DNA of 45,440 bases from positions 1 through 45,440 of the forward strand of contig JASHPR010000593.1 of NCBI GenBank assembly GCA_030038015.1, written 5' to 3'. A program made the position numbers and the translations under genes. Position 1 is the stretch's first letter, and the number at the start of each line of letters is the position of its first letter. The notes under the pieces are model-generated. The model ran no database searches. It saw only the letters and a program-made list of their open reading frames with translations, and was not told the DNA's origin. Shown in pieces: positions 9,762 to 17,696 of this stretch. Source of the stretch: Streptosporangiaceae bacterium (lineage in GTDB: Bacteria > Actinomycetota > Actinomycetes > Streptosporangiales > Streptosporangiaceae).

Positions 9762-10811
9762 GTGGAGTTCTTGCCATATCGCAGATCCGGCAAGACGAAT
9801 TCACGGGGTGTTCGTGCCCGCGCGAGCGCACGGCGGGTGTGGGCTAGGGTCGGCGTTCTCGCCAGCGCGGCCACGCTGGTCAGCTTCGCGCTCCCCAGCG
9901 GGATCGGCAGTGCCGACCAGGTAAGCACGCCCAAGAGCCTGAACCAGCTCGTGGCCGAGGCGAACGCGCTCTCCAACCAGATCGACGTGCTGAGCCAGCA
10001 GTACGACGCGCTCAAGATCCAGCTGACCGAGGCACGCGCCGAGGCCGCGATCGCGAGGCAGACGGCACAGCGTGACGAGCAGGCGCTCGGCGCCGGGCAG
10101 ACGCAGGTGGGCCAGATCGCCGCCGAGGGCTACATGATGGGCGCCCTGAACCCGACCATCGAGCTGCTGCAGACCCCGAACCCGCAGCTGTTCCTGAACC
10201 GAGCGTCGATCATGCTGCAGCTGCAGCACCAGCAGGGCGGCACGATGAGCCTGCTGCAGTCTGCCGAGGACGCCGCCAACCGGGCCAAGCAGACCGCGAC
10301 CCAGGAGGCAAGCCAGGCAGCCGAGCTGGCCGCGGCGATGAACGCGAAGGTAAGCCAGATCCAGGCCAAGGAGAACGTGCTGAACAGCGCGGCGTTCAGC
10401 CAGGCCCTGGCGATCTTCCAGCAGACCGGGAGCTACCCCAATATCCAGGTCTCCGGTGACACGCTCGGCGAGCAGGCCCTCAGGTTCGCGCTGACCAGGA
10501 TCGGCGACCCTTACGTCTGGGGCGGTGCCGGGCCCGACGACTTCGACTGCTCCGGCCTGGTGATGTGGGCCTACGCCCAGGTCGGGATCAGCCTCGAGCA
10601 CTTCACCGGCGACCAGTGGAACGAGGGCGAGCACATCTCCCGCAGCCAGCTCGAGCCCGGTGACCTGGTGTTCTTCTTCGCCGACATCAGCCACGTCGGC
10701 CTGTACGTCGGCAACGGCATGATGGTGGACGCGCCCACCTTCGGCCAGGATGTGCAGATCCAGCCGGTGATGTGGGACGTGTACGTGGGAGCCGTCCGGA
10801 TCGTCGCCTGA
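9762..10811 (+). CDS. secreted NlpC/P60 (C40) peptidoglycan endopeptidase with RipA-like coiled-coil N-domain
   Basis: GTG start 7 nt after the SD. Signal peptide VLASAATLVSFALPSGIGSADQ. Long Q/A-rich coiled-coil region. C-terminal catalytic domain GDPYVWGGAGPDDFDCSGLVMWAY...ISHVGLYVGNGMMVDAP (Cys/His). Confidence 0.9.
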   Translation: MEFLPYRRSGKTNSRGVRARASARRVWARVGVLASAATLVSFALPSGIGSADQVSTPKSLNQLVAEANALSNQIDVLSQQYDALKIQLTEARAEAAIARQTAQRDEQALGAGQTQVGQIAAEGYMMGALNPTIELLQTPNPQLFLNRASIMLQLQHQQGGTMSLLQSAEDAANRAKQTATQEASQAAELAAAMNAKVSQIQAKENVLNSAAFSQALAIFQQTGSYPNIQVSGDTLGEQALRFALTRIGDPYVWGGAGPDDFDCSGLVMWAYAQVGISLEHFTGDQWNEGEHISRSQLEPGDLVFFFADISHVGLYVGNGMMVDAPTFGQDVQIQPVMWDVYVGAVRIVA

Positions 10812-10852
10812 CGCCCACGCTAGAGCGCGCCGCCCGCCAGGACGGCACACCG

Positions 10853-10900
10853 ATGAATGAACCATAGGTGGGGTTATAACCCTATTGGCGGTACATTCAT
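10853..10900 (+). terminator. long imperfect hairpin 42 nt after the NlpC/P60 stop (possible terminator or RNA stability element)
   Basis: 48-nt dyad centred on GGGTTA|TAACCC (10871-10882). 17/24 Watson-Crick pairs, plus 4 G.U pairs that exist only in the plus-strand RNA (21/24). No U-tract follows. Confidence 0.3.
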
Positions 10901-10942
10901 GGCGCGCGAGCGTGCGGGGCACAGCCACAACGCGGGACAGGT

Positions 10943-11200
10943 GTGACTATACGGGTCGATGTGGCCAATGCGGCTGGCGGAGTGCTCGGCGGCGGCCCCG
11001 GCCTGAGCGACCCCTGCGCCACGGCCGGCCCGGACGCCACCCGCGTGGACCTCACGCACCGGCACCTCGAGCGCTGCGGCCCGGAGGCCGGGCGGATGCG
11101 CAGGATCCTCGACGGCAAGGGCGGCGAGCCGCTGCAAGCCCTCGCCCGGCACATCGCCGCCGGGCGCCAGCCGGATAGCCAGCAAGCCCCAGCCAGGTAA
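10943..11200 (+). CDS. hypothetical protein (85 aa), no recognisable family
   Basis: GTG start. About 85% GC3, which is the coding signature in this genome. The TAA stop lies 10 nt before the VOC gene ATG and overlaps its SD (TAAGGGAG), suggesting co-transcription. No motif recognised. Confidence 0.35.
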   Translation: MTIRVDVANAAGGVLGGGPGLSDPCATAGPDATRVDLTHRHLERCGPEAGRMRRILDGKGGEPLQALARHIAAGRQPDSQQAPAR

Positions 11201-11210
11201 GGGAGCAACG

Positions 11211-11600
11211 ATGCCGTTCATGTCCGTGATGCCCAACCTGTACGCGGCCGACGTCGAGCGCGCGGCCGCCTTCTACCGCGACCTGCTCGGCGGCACGCAG
11301 ACCTTCCGGACCCCAGCGGACGGGCCGGCCGAGCACGTGGAGCTGCGCATCGGCGACGTCGTCATCGCGCTCAGCAGCTGCGACGCCGTGCAGCGGCAAG
11401 GGCTGCCGGCACCGGAGCACGGTCATCCGATGGAGCTCGTGGTGGAGTGCGACTCGGCCGACCGCGCGGTGGCCGCCCTGCGTGCCGCCGGGACGCCGGT
11501 CCTGGCCGAGGCGTACAGTCATCCCGCCGGGCATCGCCGGGCCTACGTCGCCGACCCCGACGGCAACTGGGTCGCGCTGGTGAGCAAGGAGGGCGCGTAG
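11211..11600 (+). CDS. VOC family protein (glyoxalase/bleomycin-resistance fold)
   Basis: 129 aa. MPNLYAADVERAAAFYRDLLGG...HVELRIGDVVIAL...RRAYVADPDGNWVALV is the typical paired beta-alpha-beta-beta-beta module pattern. Confidence 0.75.
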   Translation: MPFMSVMPNLYAADVERAAAFYRDLLGGTQTFRTPADGPAEHVELRIGDVVIALSSCDAVQRQGLPAPEHGHPMELVVECDSADRAVAALRAAGTPVLAEAYSHPAGHRRAYVADPDGNWVALVSKEGA

Positions 11601-11636
11601 GCAGGCAGGGCGTGGCGCGAGCGCCAGGCCCGCCCG

Positions 11637-13127
11637 TCATTCCGGCCGGACGGTCGGGAACAGGATCGTCTCCCTGATGCTCGCCCCGGTGAGCATGATC
11701 AGCAGCCGGTCGATGCCCATCCCCATGCCGCCGCTCGGCGGCATGCCGTACTCCAGCGCCCGCAGGAAGTCCTCGTCGAGCTGCATCGCCTCCGGGTCCC
11801 CGCCCGCGGCCAGCAGCGACTGCGCGGTCAGCCGCTGCCGTTCCTGGACGGGGTCCACCAGCTCGCTGTAGCCGGTGCCGATCTCCGCGCCGAACGCGAC
11901 CAGGTCCCACCGCTCGGCCAGCCTCGGGTCGGACCGGTGCTCCCTCGTCAGCGGGGACACCTCGACCGGGAAGTCGCGGTAGAAGACCGGCTCCACGGTG
12001 CGCGCCTCGACCAGGCGCTCATACAGCTCGAACAGCACCTGGCCGCGGTTCCACTTCGGGTCCTGGTGGATGCCGGCCCCGGCGGACAGCCGGCGCAGCG
12101 TCTCCTCGGGGGTATCGGGGGTGATCTCCTCGCCGAGCGCCAGGGACACCGCCTCGTGCACGCCCACCCAGGGCCATTCGCCGCCGATGTCGTACTCGGA
12201 GCCGTCCGGCCGGCGCACGACGGTGCTGCCCAGCGCGGCGACGGCGGCCGACTGGATCAGCTCCCTGGTCAGGGTGCCGATCGTGTGGTAATCGCCGTAG
12301 GCCTCGTAGGCCTCGAGCATGGTGAACTCGGGGTTGTGCGTCGCGTCGGCGCCCTCGTTGCGGAAGATCCGGCCGATCTCGTAGACCTTCTCGATACCCC
12401 CGACCACCAGCCGCTTCAGGTAGAGCTCGAGCGCGATCCGCAGGTACAGCTGGATGTCGTAGGCGTTGCTGCGGGTGGTGAACGGCCTGGCGTTCGCTCC
12501 GCCGTGCAGGACCTGCAGCACCGGCGTCTCCGCCTCGAGGAAGCCGCGGGCGTGCAGTTCCTCGCGCAGCGACCTGGTGACGGCCGCGCGCCGCTCCGCC
12601 ATCTGGCGGGCGGCCGGGTTGATGATCAGGTCAACGTAGCGCTGCCGCACCCGCGCCTCTGGGTCGCTCAGCCCGGCCCGCTTGTCCGGCAGCGGCCGCA
12701 GGGCCTTGGAGATGATCGCGAACGAATCGGCGAGCACCGAGAGCTCCCCGGATCGCGACGAGATCACCTCGCCCTCGACCCCGATGTGGTCGCCCAGGTC
12801 CACGTCGCTCTTCCAGGCGGCGAGCGCCTGCTCACCGACCCGGTCGAGCGAGATCATGGCCTGGATGTCGCCGGTGCCGTCCCTGATCGTCGCGAAGCAC
12901 AGCTTCCCGCCGTTGCGGTTGAGCATCACCCGGCCGGTGACACCGACGCGCTGGCCGGTCGCGGCGCCTGGCTCCAGGTCCGGATACTTAGCCCGGATTT
13001 CGCCGATCGTGGCCGTGCGCGGGTAGCTGACCGGGTACGGGTCGGTGCCGGCTGCGCGCAGCCGGTCGAGCTTGGCCCGGCGCACCTGCATCTGCTCGGG
13101 CAGCTTCTCCTGATCGTCGTCCGCCAC
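11637..13127 (-). CDS. lysS: lysine--tRNA ligase (class II)
   Basis: 496 aa. OB-fold anticodon-binding region (GRVMLNRNGGKLCFATIRDGTGDIQ). Class II motifs FLEAETPVL, IGRIFRNEG and the motif 3 region GMGIDRLLMLLTG. Confidence 0.95.
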   Translation of the reverse strand: MADDDQEKLPEQMQVRRAKLDRLRAAGTDPYPVSYPRTATIGEIRAKYPDLEPGAATGQRVGVTGRVMLNRNGGKLCFATIRDGTGDIQAMISLDRVGEQALAAWKSDVDLGDHIGVEGEVISSRSGELSVLADSFAIISKALRPLPDKRAGLSDPEARVRQRYVDLIINPAARQMAERRAAVTRSLREELHARGFLEAETPVLQVLHGGANARPFTTRSNAYDIQLYLRIALELYLKRLVVGGIEKVYEIGRIFRNEGADATHNPEFTMLEAYEAYGDYHTIGTLTRELIQSAAVAALGSTVVRRPDGSEYDIGGEWPWVGVHEAVSLALGEEITPDTPEETLRRLSAGAGIHQDPKWNRGQVLFELYERLVEARTVEPVFYRDFPVEVSPLTREHRSDPRLAERWDLVAFGAEIGTGYSELVDPVQERQRLTAQSLLAAGGDPEAMQLDEDFLRALEYGMPPSGGMGMGIDRLLIMLTGASIRETILFPTVRPE

Positions 13128-13189
13128 CTGCCAGAGATTACCGGCCCCGGCCGAGCGCGAGCACCGGGGTTTGCGCTCAGCCCGCCGGC

Positions 13190-13232
13190 GGCGGGCGGGC
13201 GGCGGCGGGCGGGCGGGCGGCGGGATGCGGGC
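13190..13232 (+). repeat. G-tract array (seven GGG runs, (GGGC)n-like), potential G-quadruplex
   Basis: GGG runs at 13193, 13197, 13207, 13211, 13215, 13222 and 13229, with 1-7 nt loops. It lies between the CoA-transferase stop (13236) and the lysS start (13127). An adjacent hairpin GCCCGCC-GGC-GGCGGGC sits at 13180-13196. Confidence 0.6.
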
Positions 13233-13235
13233 CGG

Positions 13236-14426
13236 CTAGTCCGCCAGCAAGATACCCGCTCTTGTCAGCGCGGCAATTGCAGGCTGGTCAAGCCCGAGCC
13301 AGTCGACAAGCGCCTCGGTGTTGTGCTGGCCTCGCCGCGGCGCCGGACGGCGAACCGACGGCTGAGCGCCGGAGAAGCTGTAGGGCAGGCCGGCCACCCG
13401 GCGCTCGCTGCCTGGAACCGGGACCGAATGCGCTCCGCCAGCGAATACGTCCTCGCTGCGGCGAACCTCGCCCCACGCGATTCCGGCCGACTCGAGCTCG
13501 GCCAGCAGGCAGTCTCTGTCGGTAAAGCCGTTCATCCAGTCCTGGATCGCCTGCTGGCGAAGCCGCACCTTGGTAGGCAGATCGCTGCCGGGCGGCGCCG
13601 GGTCCGCTACGAGGCCGCGGCGGGACAGCATTGCCCAGGCATGCTTGGGCGGGGCGGCTATCAGCAGCGGACCGCCGGGCGCCTGCCACATCGTTCCGCG
13701 CGAGCTGTATTCCTCACCGGTTGCGTCCAGGAGCGCGTGCGCATGGTCGTCGCTGACGGCCACTGCCGCCAGCATGCTCAGGTCGATGTGCTGGCCGATG
13801 CCGGTTACTGCCCGCTGGTGCAGCGCGGCCAGCAAGGCCACCACGGCGTGCAGAGCGCTCAGCGTGTCGGCGAGTGCGAGCGGAAGGTCGGAAGGTTGCC
13901 TGCCGTCGAGCTCGGCATGCCGGGCGAGGAGCCCGGACTCGGCGTGGATCACGGGCGCCAGGGCACGTCGCTGGGCGTCGGCGCCGTCGGGTCCGAAACC
14001 GGACACCGACAGCATGATGAGGGCCGGGTTGACTGCCGACAGCTGCTGATAGCCGAGGCCGAGCCGGTCCATGACGCCAGGGCGGAAGTTCTCGATCAGC
14101 ACGTCGGCGCGACAGGCGAGGTCAGCGACGAGCTTCGCCGCACCCGGCACGGACAGGTCTACCGCGACGCTTCGCTTGCCCGCGTTCATCTGAGCGAACA
14201 TCCCTGATCTGCCGTCCCTGACGACACCGAAGTGCTCGGTCACGTCGGTACGCGGACCCTCGATCCGCACTACATCCGCGCCGAGATCAGCAAGGATGCG
14301 CGCGGCGTAAGGCCCAGAGATCGCCTGTGACATGTCGAGCACGAGCCAGGCCGGCAGCGGCGGGCTGCCAGCCAGGTTAGCTGCGTCGTCTTGGGTCACT
14401 GTGGCGAGTCCATACCGGCTGCGCAT
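13236..14426 (-). CDS. CaiB/BaiF family (class III) CoA-transferase
   Basis: ORF 13236..14651. Start moved to ATG 14426 (MRSRYGLATV; GTG 14399 is also possible). The family N-terminus is VLDMSQAISGPYAARILADLGADVVRIEGP. Later motifs: ENFRPGVMDRLGLGY and SVSGFGPDG. Confidence 0.8.
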   Translation of the reverse strand: MRSRYGLATVTQDDAANLAGSPPLPAWLVLDMSQAISGPYAARILADLGADVVRIEGPRTDVTEHFGVVRDGRSGMFAQMNAGKRSVAVDLSVPGAAKLVADLACRADVLIENFRPGVMDRLGLGYQQLSAVNPALIMLSVSGFGPDGADAQRRALAPVIHAESGLLARHAELDGRQPSDLPLALADTLSALHAVVALLAALHQRAVTGIGQHIDLSMLAAVAVSDDHAHALLDATGEEYSSRGTMWQAPGGPLLIAAPPKHAWAMLSRRGLVADPAPPGSDLPTKVRLRQQAIQDWMNGFTDRDCLLAELESAGIAWGEVRRSEDVFAGGAHSVPVPGSERRVAGLPYSFSGAQPSVRRPAPRRGQHNTEALVDWLGLDQPAIAALTRAGILLAD

Positions 14427-14953
14427 CCAATCTGGCGAAGAGCACTTGCGGCGAACTCGTCGTACGCCGCCCGCACCGCGGCGAGCCGTTCCGCCGGTAG
14501 TCCCCGGGTCTCGATCTGGAAACCGCTGGCGCGCATCGCAGCGCGCAGGTCCCGGCAGGCCCGCGGTCGCCAGCAGATCGAGCAGGCGGTACTCGTGAGT
14601 CGCAATGTGCGGATCGGCTTGCAGGCTGGCCGCGCCGTACTGGTGCAGCACCCGAGTCCGACGGCGGCCTGATGGCTCCTCGGCCTCGATGGCGCTGACC
14701 CGGGCGGCCGTCGACCCCGGCAGCTTCCAGGCCCGGATGAGCCGCCAGTCAGGCCGGCCGCGTGCAGCAGCTGCCCGAGCTGCTCTTGGCTTGCGGCCGT
14801 CAGCATGGTCACGGGCCGATCATGCCAGACCGTGCGATATCGGCACGCGCCCTGCACTGCCGTTGCGGACCCCGGCGGGCAAGCCGCCTTCGAACTCGGT
14901 ACAGGCCCTCGAACTCGGTACAGACGGTCCTGCAGCCATCCTGGCCGGAGCAA
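14427..14953 (-). pseudogene. frameshifted gene debris, including a methyltransferase-like C-terminal fragment
   Basis: High-GC3 coding signal switches frame at least twice. Pieces: ...TMLTAASQEQLGQLLHAAGLT | WRLIRAWKLPGSTAARVSAIEAEEP (resembles the ...RT..E...LL..AGF......VS.IEA end of SAM-methyltransferases), then ...THEYRLLDLLATAGLP | RDLRAAMRASGFQIETRG.... No intact ORF with a credible start. Confidence 0.3.
14887..14923. repeat. 19-bp tandem duplication
   Basis: CCTTCGAACTCGGTACAG / (G)CCCTCGAACTCGGTACAG. The 14-nt core CGAACTCGGTACAG is identical at 14891-14904 and 14910-14923. Confidence 0.9.
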
Positions 14954-15638
14954 AGAACTTGGCGCTGCCGTGTTGTCATCAGGCCCGGCCGCATAAGTCC
15001 AGTGTTCCGGCGCAAGCTAGCCACAAACCACAGGGGGAAGCCCCCGATTCAACCCCGGCAACACCGCACCCCGCGGCAAGGGCGCCGGCAGGGCGCAAGT
15101 GGCCAAGCGAGTGACCGCATGACCATGCGCGCATTCGACGCGCGCTACTCGGCAGACCCGGACGACATCAACTCGCAAATCAACCTGATCGGTGTGCCCT
15201 GGCTGATGACCGGCGAGGAGCCGTCAGCGATACCGAACGGCGGATACTTGCTCGCTGGCCTCGGACCAGCCCCAGTGACTGAGCGTGATCCGGCCCCGGA
15301 CGTAACGTGCGAGCGGATCGCCGATTCCGCGTGGCCTGCTCTTCGGTCGGCTGCACTCGCGTCCGAACACAGACGGTCCAGCTCTGTACGCATTGGATTC
15401 CGCCCGTCTCACGGCCTCGGCGTACGCAGTGCTCGATGCGTTCCAGCGGGCCGCCGGCGGCATCGTCTACTGGACCGGGATGGTCCCGGCCTGGCCAGGG
15501 GCCCGTGATCACCCAGCGGGCCTGGACGTACCGGCGTCCCGGCCACGGGCGAGCGGGTCCCGCCCCGACGGCATGGACCGCTCTAGGTCGCGAGTCGGTG
15601 CTTAGGCGCCTTAGCCGAGGTCAGGACGTTCAGGACGG

Positions 15639-17696
15639 TTAGCGCGCGTCGAAGAGACGGCTGCCGTATGCCCTGGCGGCGGCTTCGCCGCGGCTCCCGA
15701 CGCCGAGCTTTGCGAGGATGTTGGATACGTGCACGCTGGCCGTCTTCGCGGAAATGAACAGCTCGGCCGCGATCTCGCGGTTGCTCCGTCCGGCGGCGAC
15801 CAGGCGGAGCACCTCGAACTCGCGATCCGTCAGCCCCAGCCGGCCGGGGTCGGGTTCGGCGGTCCCGTCCGTGAGCGAGATCCGTGCGCGCCGGGCGAGC
15901 GAGACGATCTCGTCGCCCAGCGGCCTGGCACCCAGCCGGTCGCCCAGCGGCGCGGCGCGGCGCAACCGCTCCCCGGCGTCCTCCCGGTTCCCGTCCGCCA
16001 GTGCCGCCTCCGCCGCCCGCAGCAGCGCGATGGCCGTCGAATAGGGCTGGCCGAGGCCCTCCCAGGCAGCAGCCGTCTCATCCCACGCGGCGCGAGCGGC
16101 CGTGGGACTGGCCGGATCCCATCCGGCGCGAGCGGCCGTAGGGCTGGTCGGCGGAGCGGAAGAGGACACATCCGGTCCGGTTCGCGCGCGAAGCAGCGAT
16201 GCCGTCTGGCTTTGCGCCGTGAAGGTCAGCTGGTATGCCCGCTGCATCGGCCCGAACGCGGCCAGTTTCTCCGCGGTGATCCGCAGCCGCTCCAGCAGAG
16301 CGACGGCGCGATCGCGCAGCGCCTCCTCCTGGCCCCCTTTGGCACCGCGCAGCGCGGCCAGGCCCGCGTGGGCCAGCGTGACAAGCAGTGGCCACGCGTA
16401 GAGCGGGGCGGCGCGCGACAGGTCGTTATGGTCAACCACCCCTGCCGCCTCGGCTAGGGCGGCGGCCGGCGCGTCCGCGGCCAGCCGCGTTGCGGTCTGC
16501 AGTTCGGCGAGCGGCAGGTGGCACTGGTCCTCGTGCTGCGCGTCCGAGAGCGCGCGACCGGCGTCCGCCAGTGCCTCGGCGGCGGCCTCAATGTTCCCCC
16601 TGGCGACAGCGATTGAAACTTGCCTCATCCGCAGCGCGCTCCGGTTCAGCGGAGACGGAGAAAGCTCAAGAGCGCGCTCGACCATCTCCAGTGCCTCATC
16701 CCAGCGGCCGAGCGCGATCAATGGTTCGGCCAGGTTGCCCGCGAGGAACGTGCCGCTCCCGCGGGCCAGGCCGTTTGCTTCCGCATCGCGCATGCCCTGG
16801 CGCGCCACCTCGGCGGCGCGCTCATGCTCGCCCGCGCCTTCCAGCAGATGCGACTCGAGGATCGCTGCCCGCATCAGCGCCTCCCAGTCGCCAGCTCGTA
16901 CAGCAAGCGCACGTGCCTCGGCGATGAGCCCCAGCTCCGCGCTGCCCGAAGCCGCCTGGTAGCCCGGGGCGGCGGTGCCGATCGCCAGGGTCAGCAGCAC
17001 GTTCACCTCGGTGACGGTGTCACCGGCCTGCCTGGCGAGTTCGAGTGCCTCCTCGCCGAACGCTCGCTGCTTGGCGGTATAGCCGAATCGTGCGAGGAGT
17101 AGCAAGACTTGCGCCCGCACGGATGCCGAGACTCCGGCGGGCACCAGCGTCAGGGCCTCGCAGAGATCCTCGGTGTCCCCAGAGCGGCCAAGGAACCGCT
17201 TGAACCGGCTGCGCTTGGTGAGCATCAGCGCGACCCTGGCAGGCTCGGCTTCCGCGTCAATTTCCTTGAGCACCGCATTAACGAACGCGAGTCCGCGCTG
17301 ATTATCACCGGCGAGGCCGGCCGTGCTGATCGCTTCTTCCAGAACGCCTGGGTGGTCGGCGCCGATGCGCTGCGCCGCGTCCGGCACCTGGTCCCACAGC
17401 TGGAGTATCCGCCCGAGCAGCGCCAGCCGTTCCGCGTGCGCCGCCGACTGCCTCGTCTGCGCGGCTGCAAGCCACGCACTGGTCAGCGCGCGGGCCGCGT
17501 CACGCGCCCCGTACCAGTGGTGAGCTGCCTCGATCGCCTCCCGGCCGGGCTCGGCAAGCGACGGGTCCGCCTCCAGGGCCGCTGCGAAGCGAGCATGCAG
17601 CCGCTCGCCCTCACCGGGCAGCTGGTCGCCGTAGACCGCCTCGACACGCCCTACGGGACACGCCCTAGCCGTCGGTGACGTTGCGCTCGTAGGCAA
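15639..17696 (-). CDS. LuxR-family HTH regulator, LAL-type but missing the N-terminal NTPase domain (possible pseudogene)
   Basis: C-terminal LTDREFEVLRLVAAGRSNREIAAELFISAKTASVHVSNILAKLGV (LuxR HTH), preceded by a long TPR-like helical region. The ORF opens at ...VEAVYGDQLPGEGERLHARFAAALE, which in full-length LAL regulators follows the about 280-aa AAA/NTPase domain. The only in-frame start is a TTG lying inside the coaX 3' end. Confidence 0.6.
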   Translation of the reverse strand: MPTSATSPTARACPVGRVEAVYGDQLPGEGERLHARFAAALEADPSLAEPGREAIEAAHHWYGARDAARALTSAWLAAAQTRQSAAHAERLALLGRILQLWDQVPDAAQRIGADHPGVLEEAISTAGLAGDNQRGLAFVNAVLKEIDAEAEPARVALMLTKRSRFKRFLGRSGDTEDLCEALTLVPAGVSASVRAQVLLLLARFGYTAKQRAFGEEALELARQAGDTVTEVNVLLTLAIGTAAPGYQAASGSAELGLIAEARALAVRAGDWEALMRAAILESHLLEGAGEHERAAEVARQGMRDAEANGLARGSGTFLAGNLAEPLIALGRWDEALEMVERALELSPSPLNRSALRMRQVSIAVARGNIEAAAEALADAGRALSDAQHEDQCHLPLAELQTATRLAADAPAAALAEAAGVVDHNDLSRAAPLYAWPLLVTLAHAGLAALRGAKGGQEEALRDRAVALLERLRITAEKLAAFGPMQRAYQLTFTAQSQTASLLRARTGPDVSSSAPPTSPTAARAGWDPASPTAARAAWDETAAAWEGLGQPYSTAIALLRAAEAALADGNREDAGERLRRAAPLGDRLGARPLGDEIVSLARRARISLTDGTAEPDPGRLGLTDREFEVLRLVAAGRSNREIAAELFISAKTASVHVSNILAKLGVGSRGEAAARAYGSRLFDAR

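Noticed and set aside
10853-10900. AT-containing dyad considered as a dif site or IS terminal inverted repeats.
   Set aside because: There is no ATTATGT-type XerCD core, no transposase or target duplication nearby, and the arms are contiguous. An RNA hairpin is the simpler reading.
14427-14651. 75-codon N-terminal extension of the CoA-transferase ORF.
   Set aside because: The family's conserved N-terminus starts just before VLDMSQAISGPY. The extension belongs to the frameshifted debris upstream.
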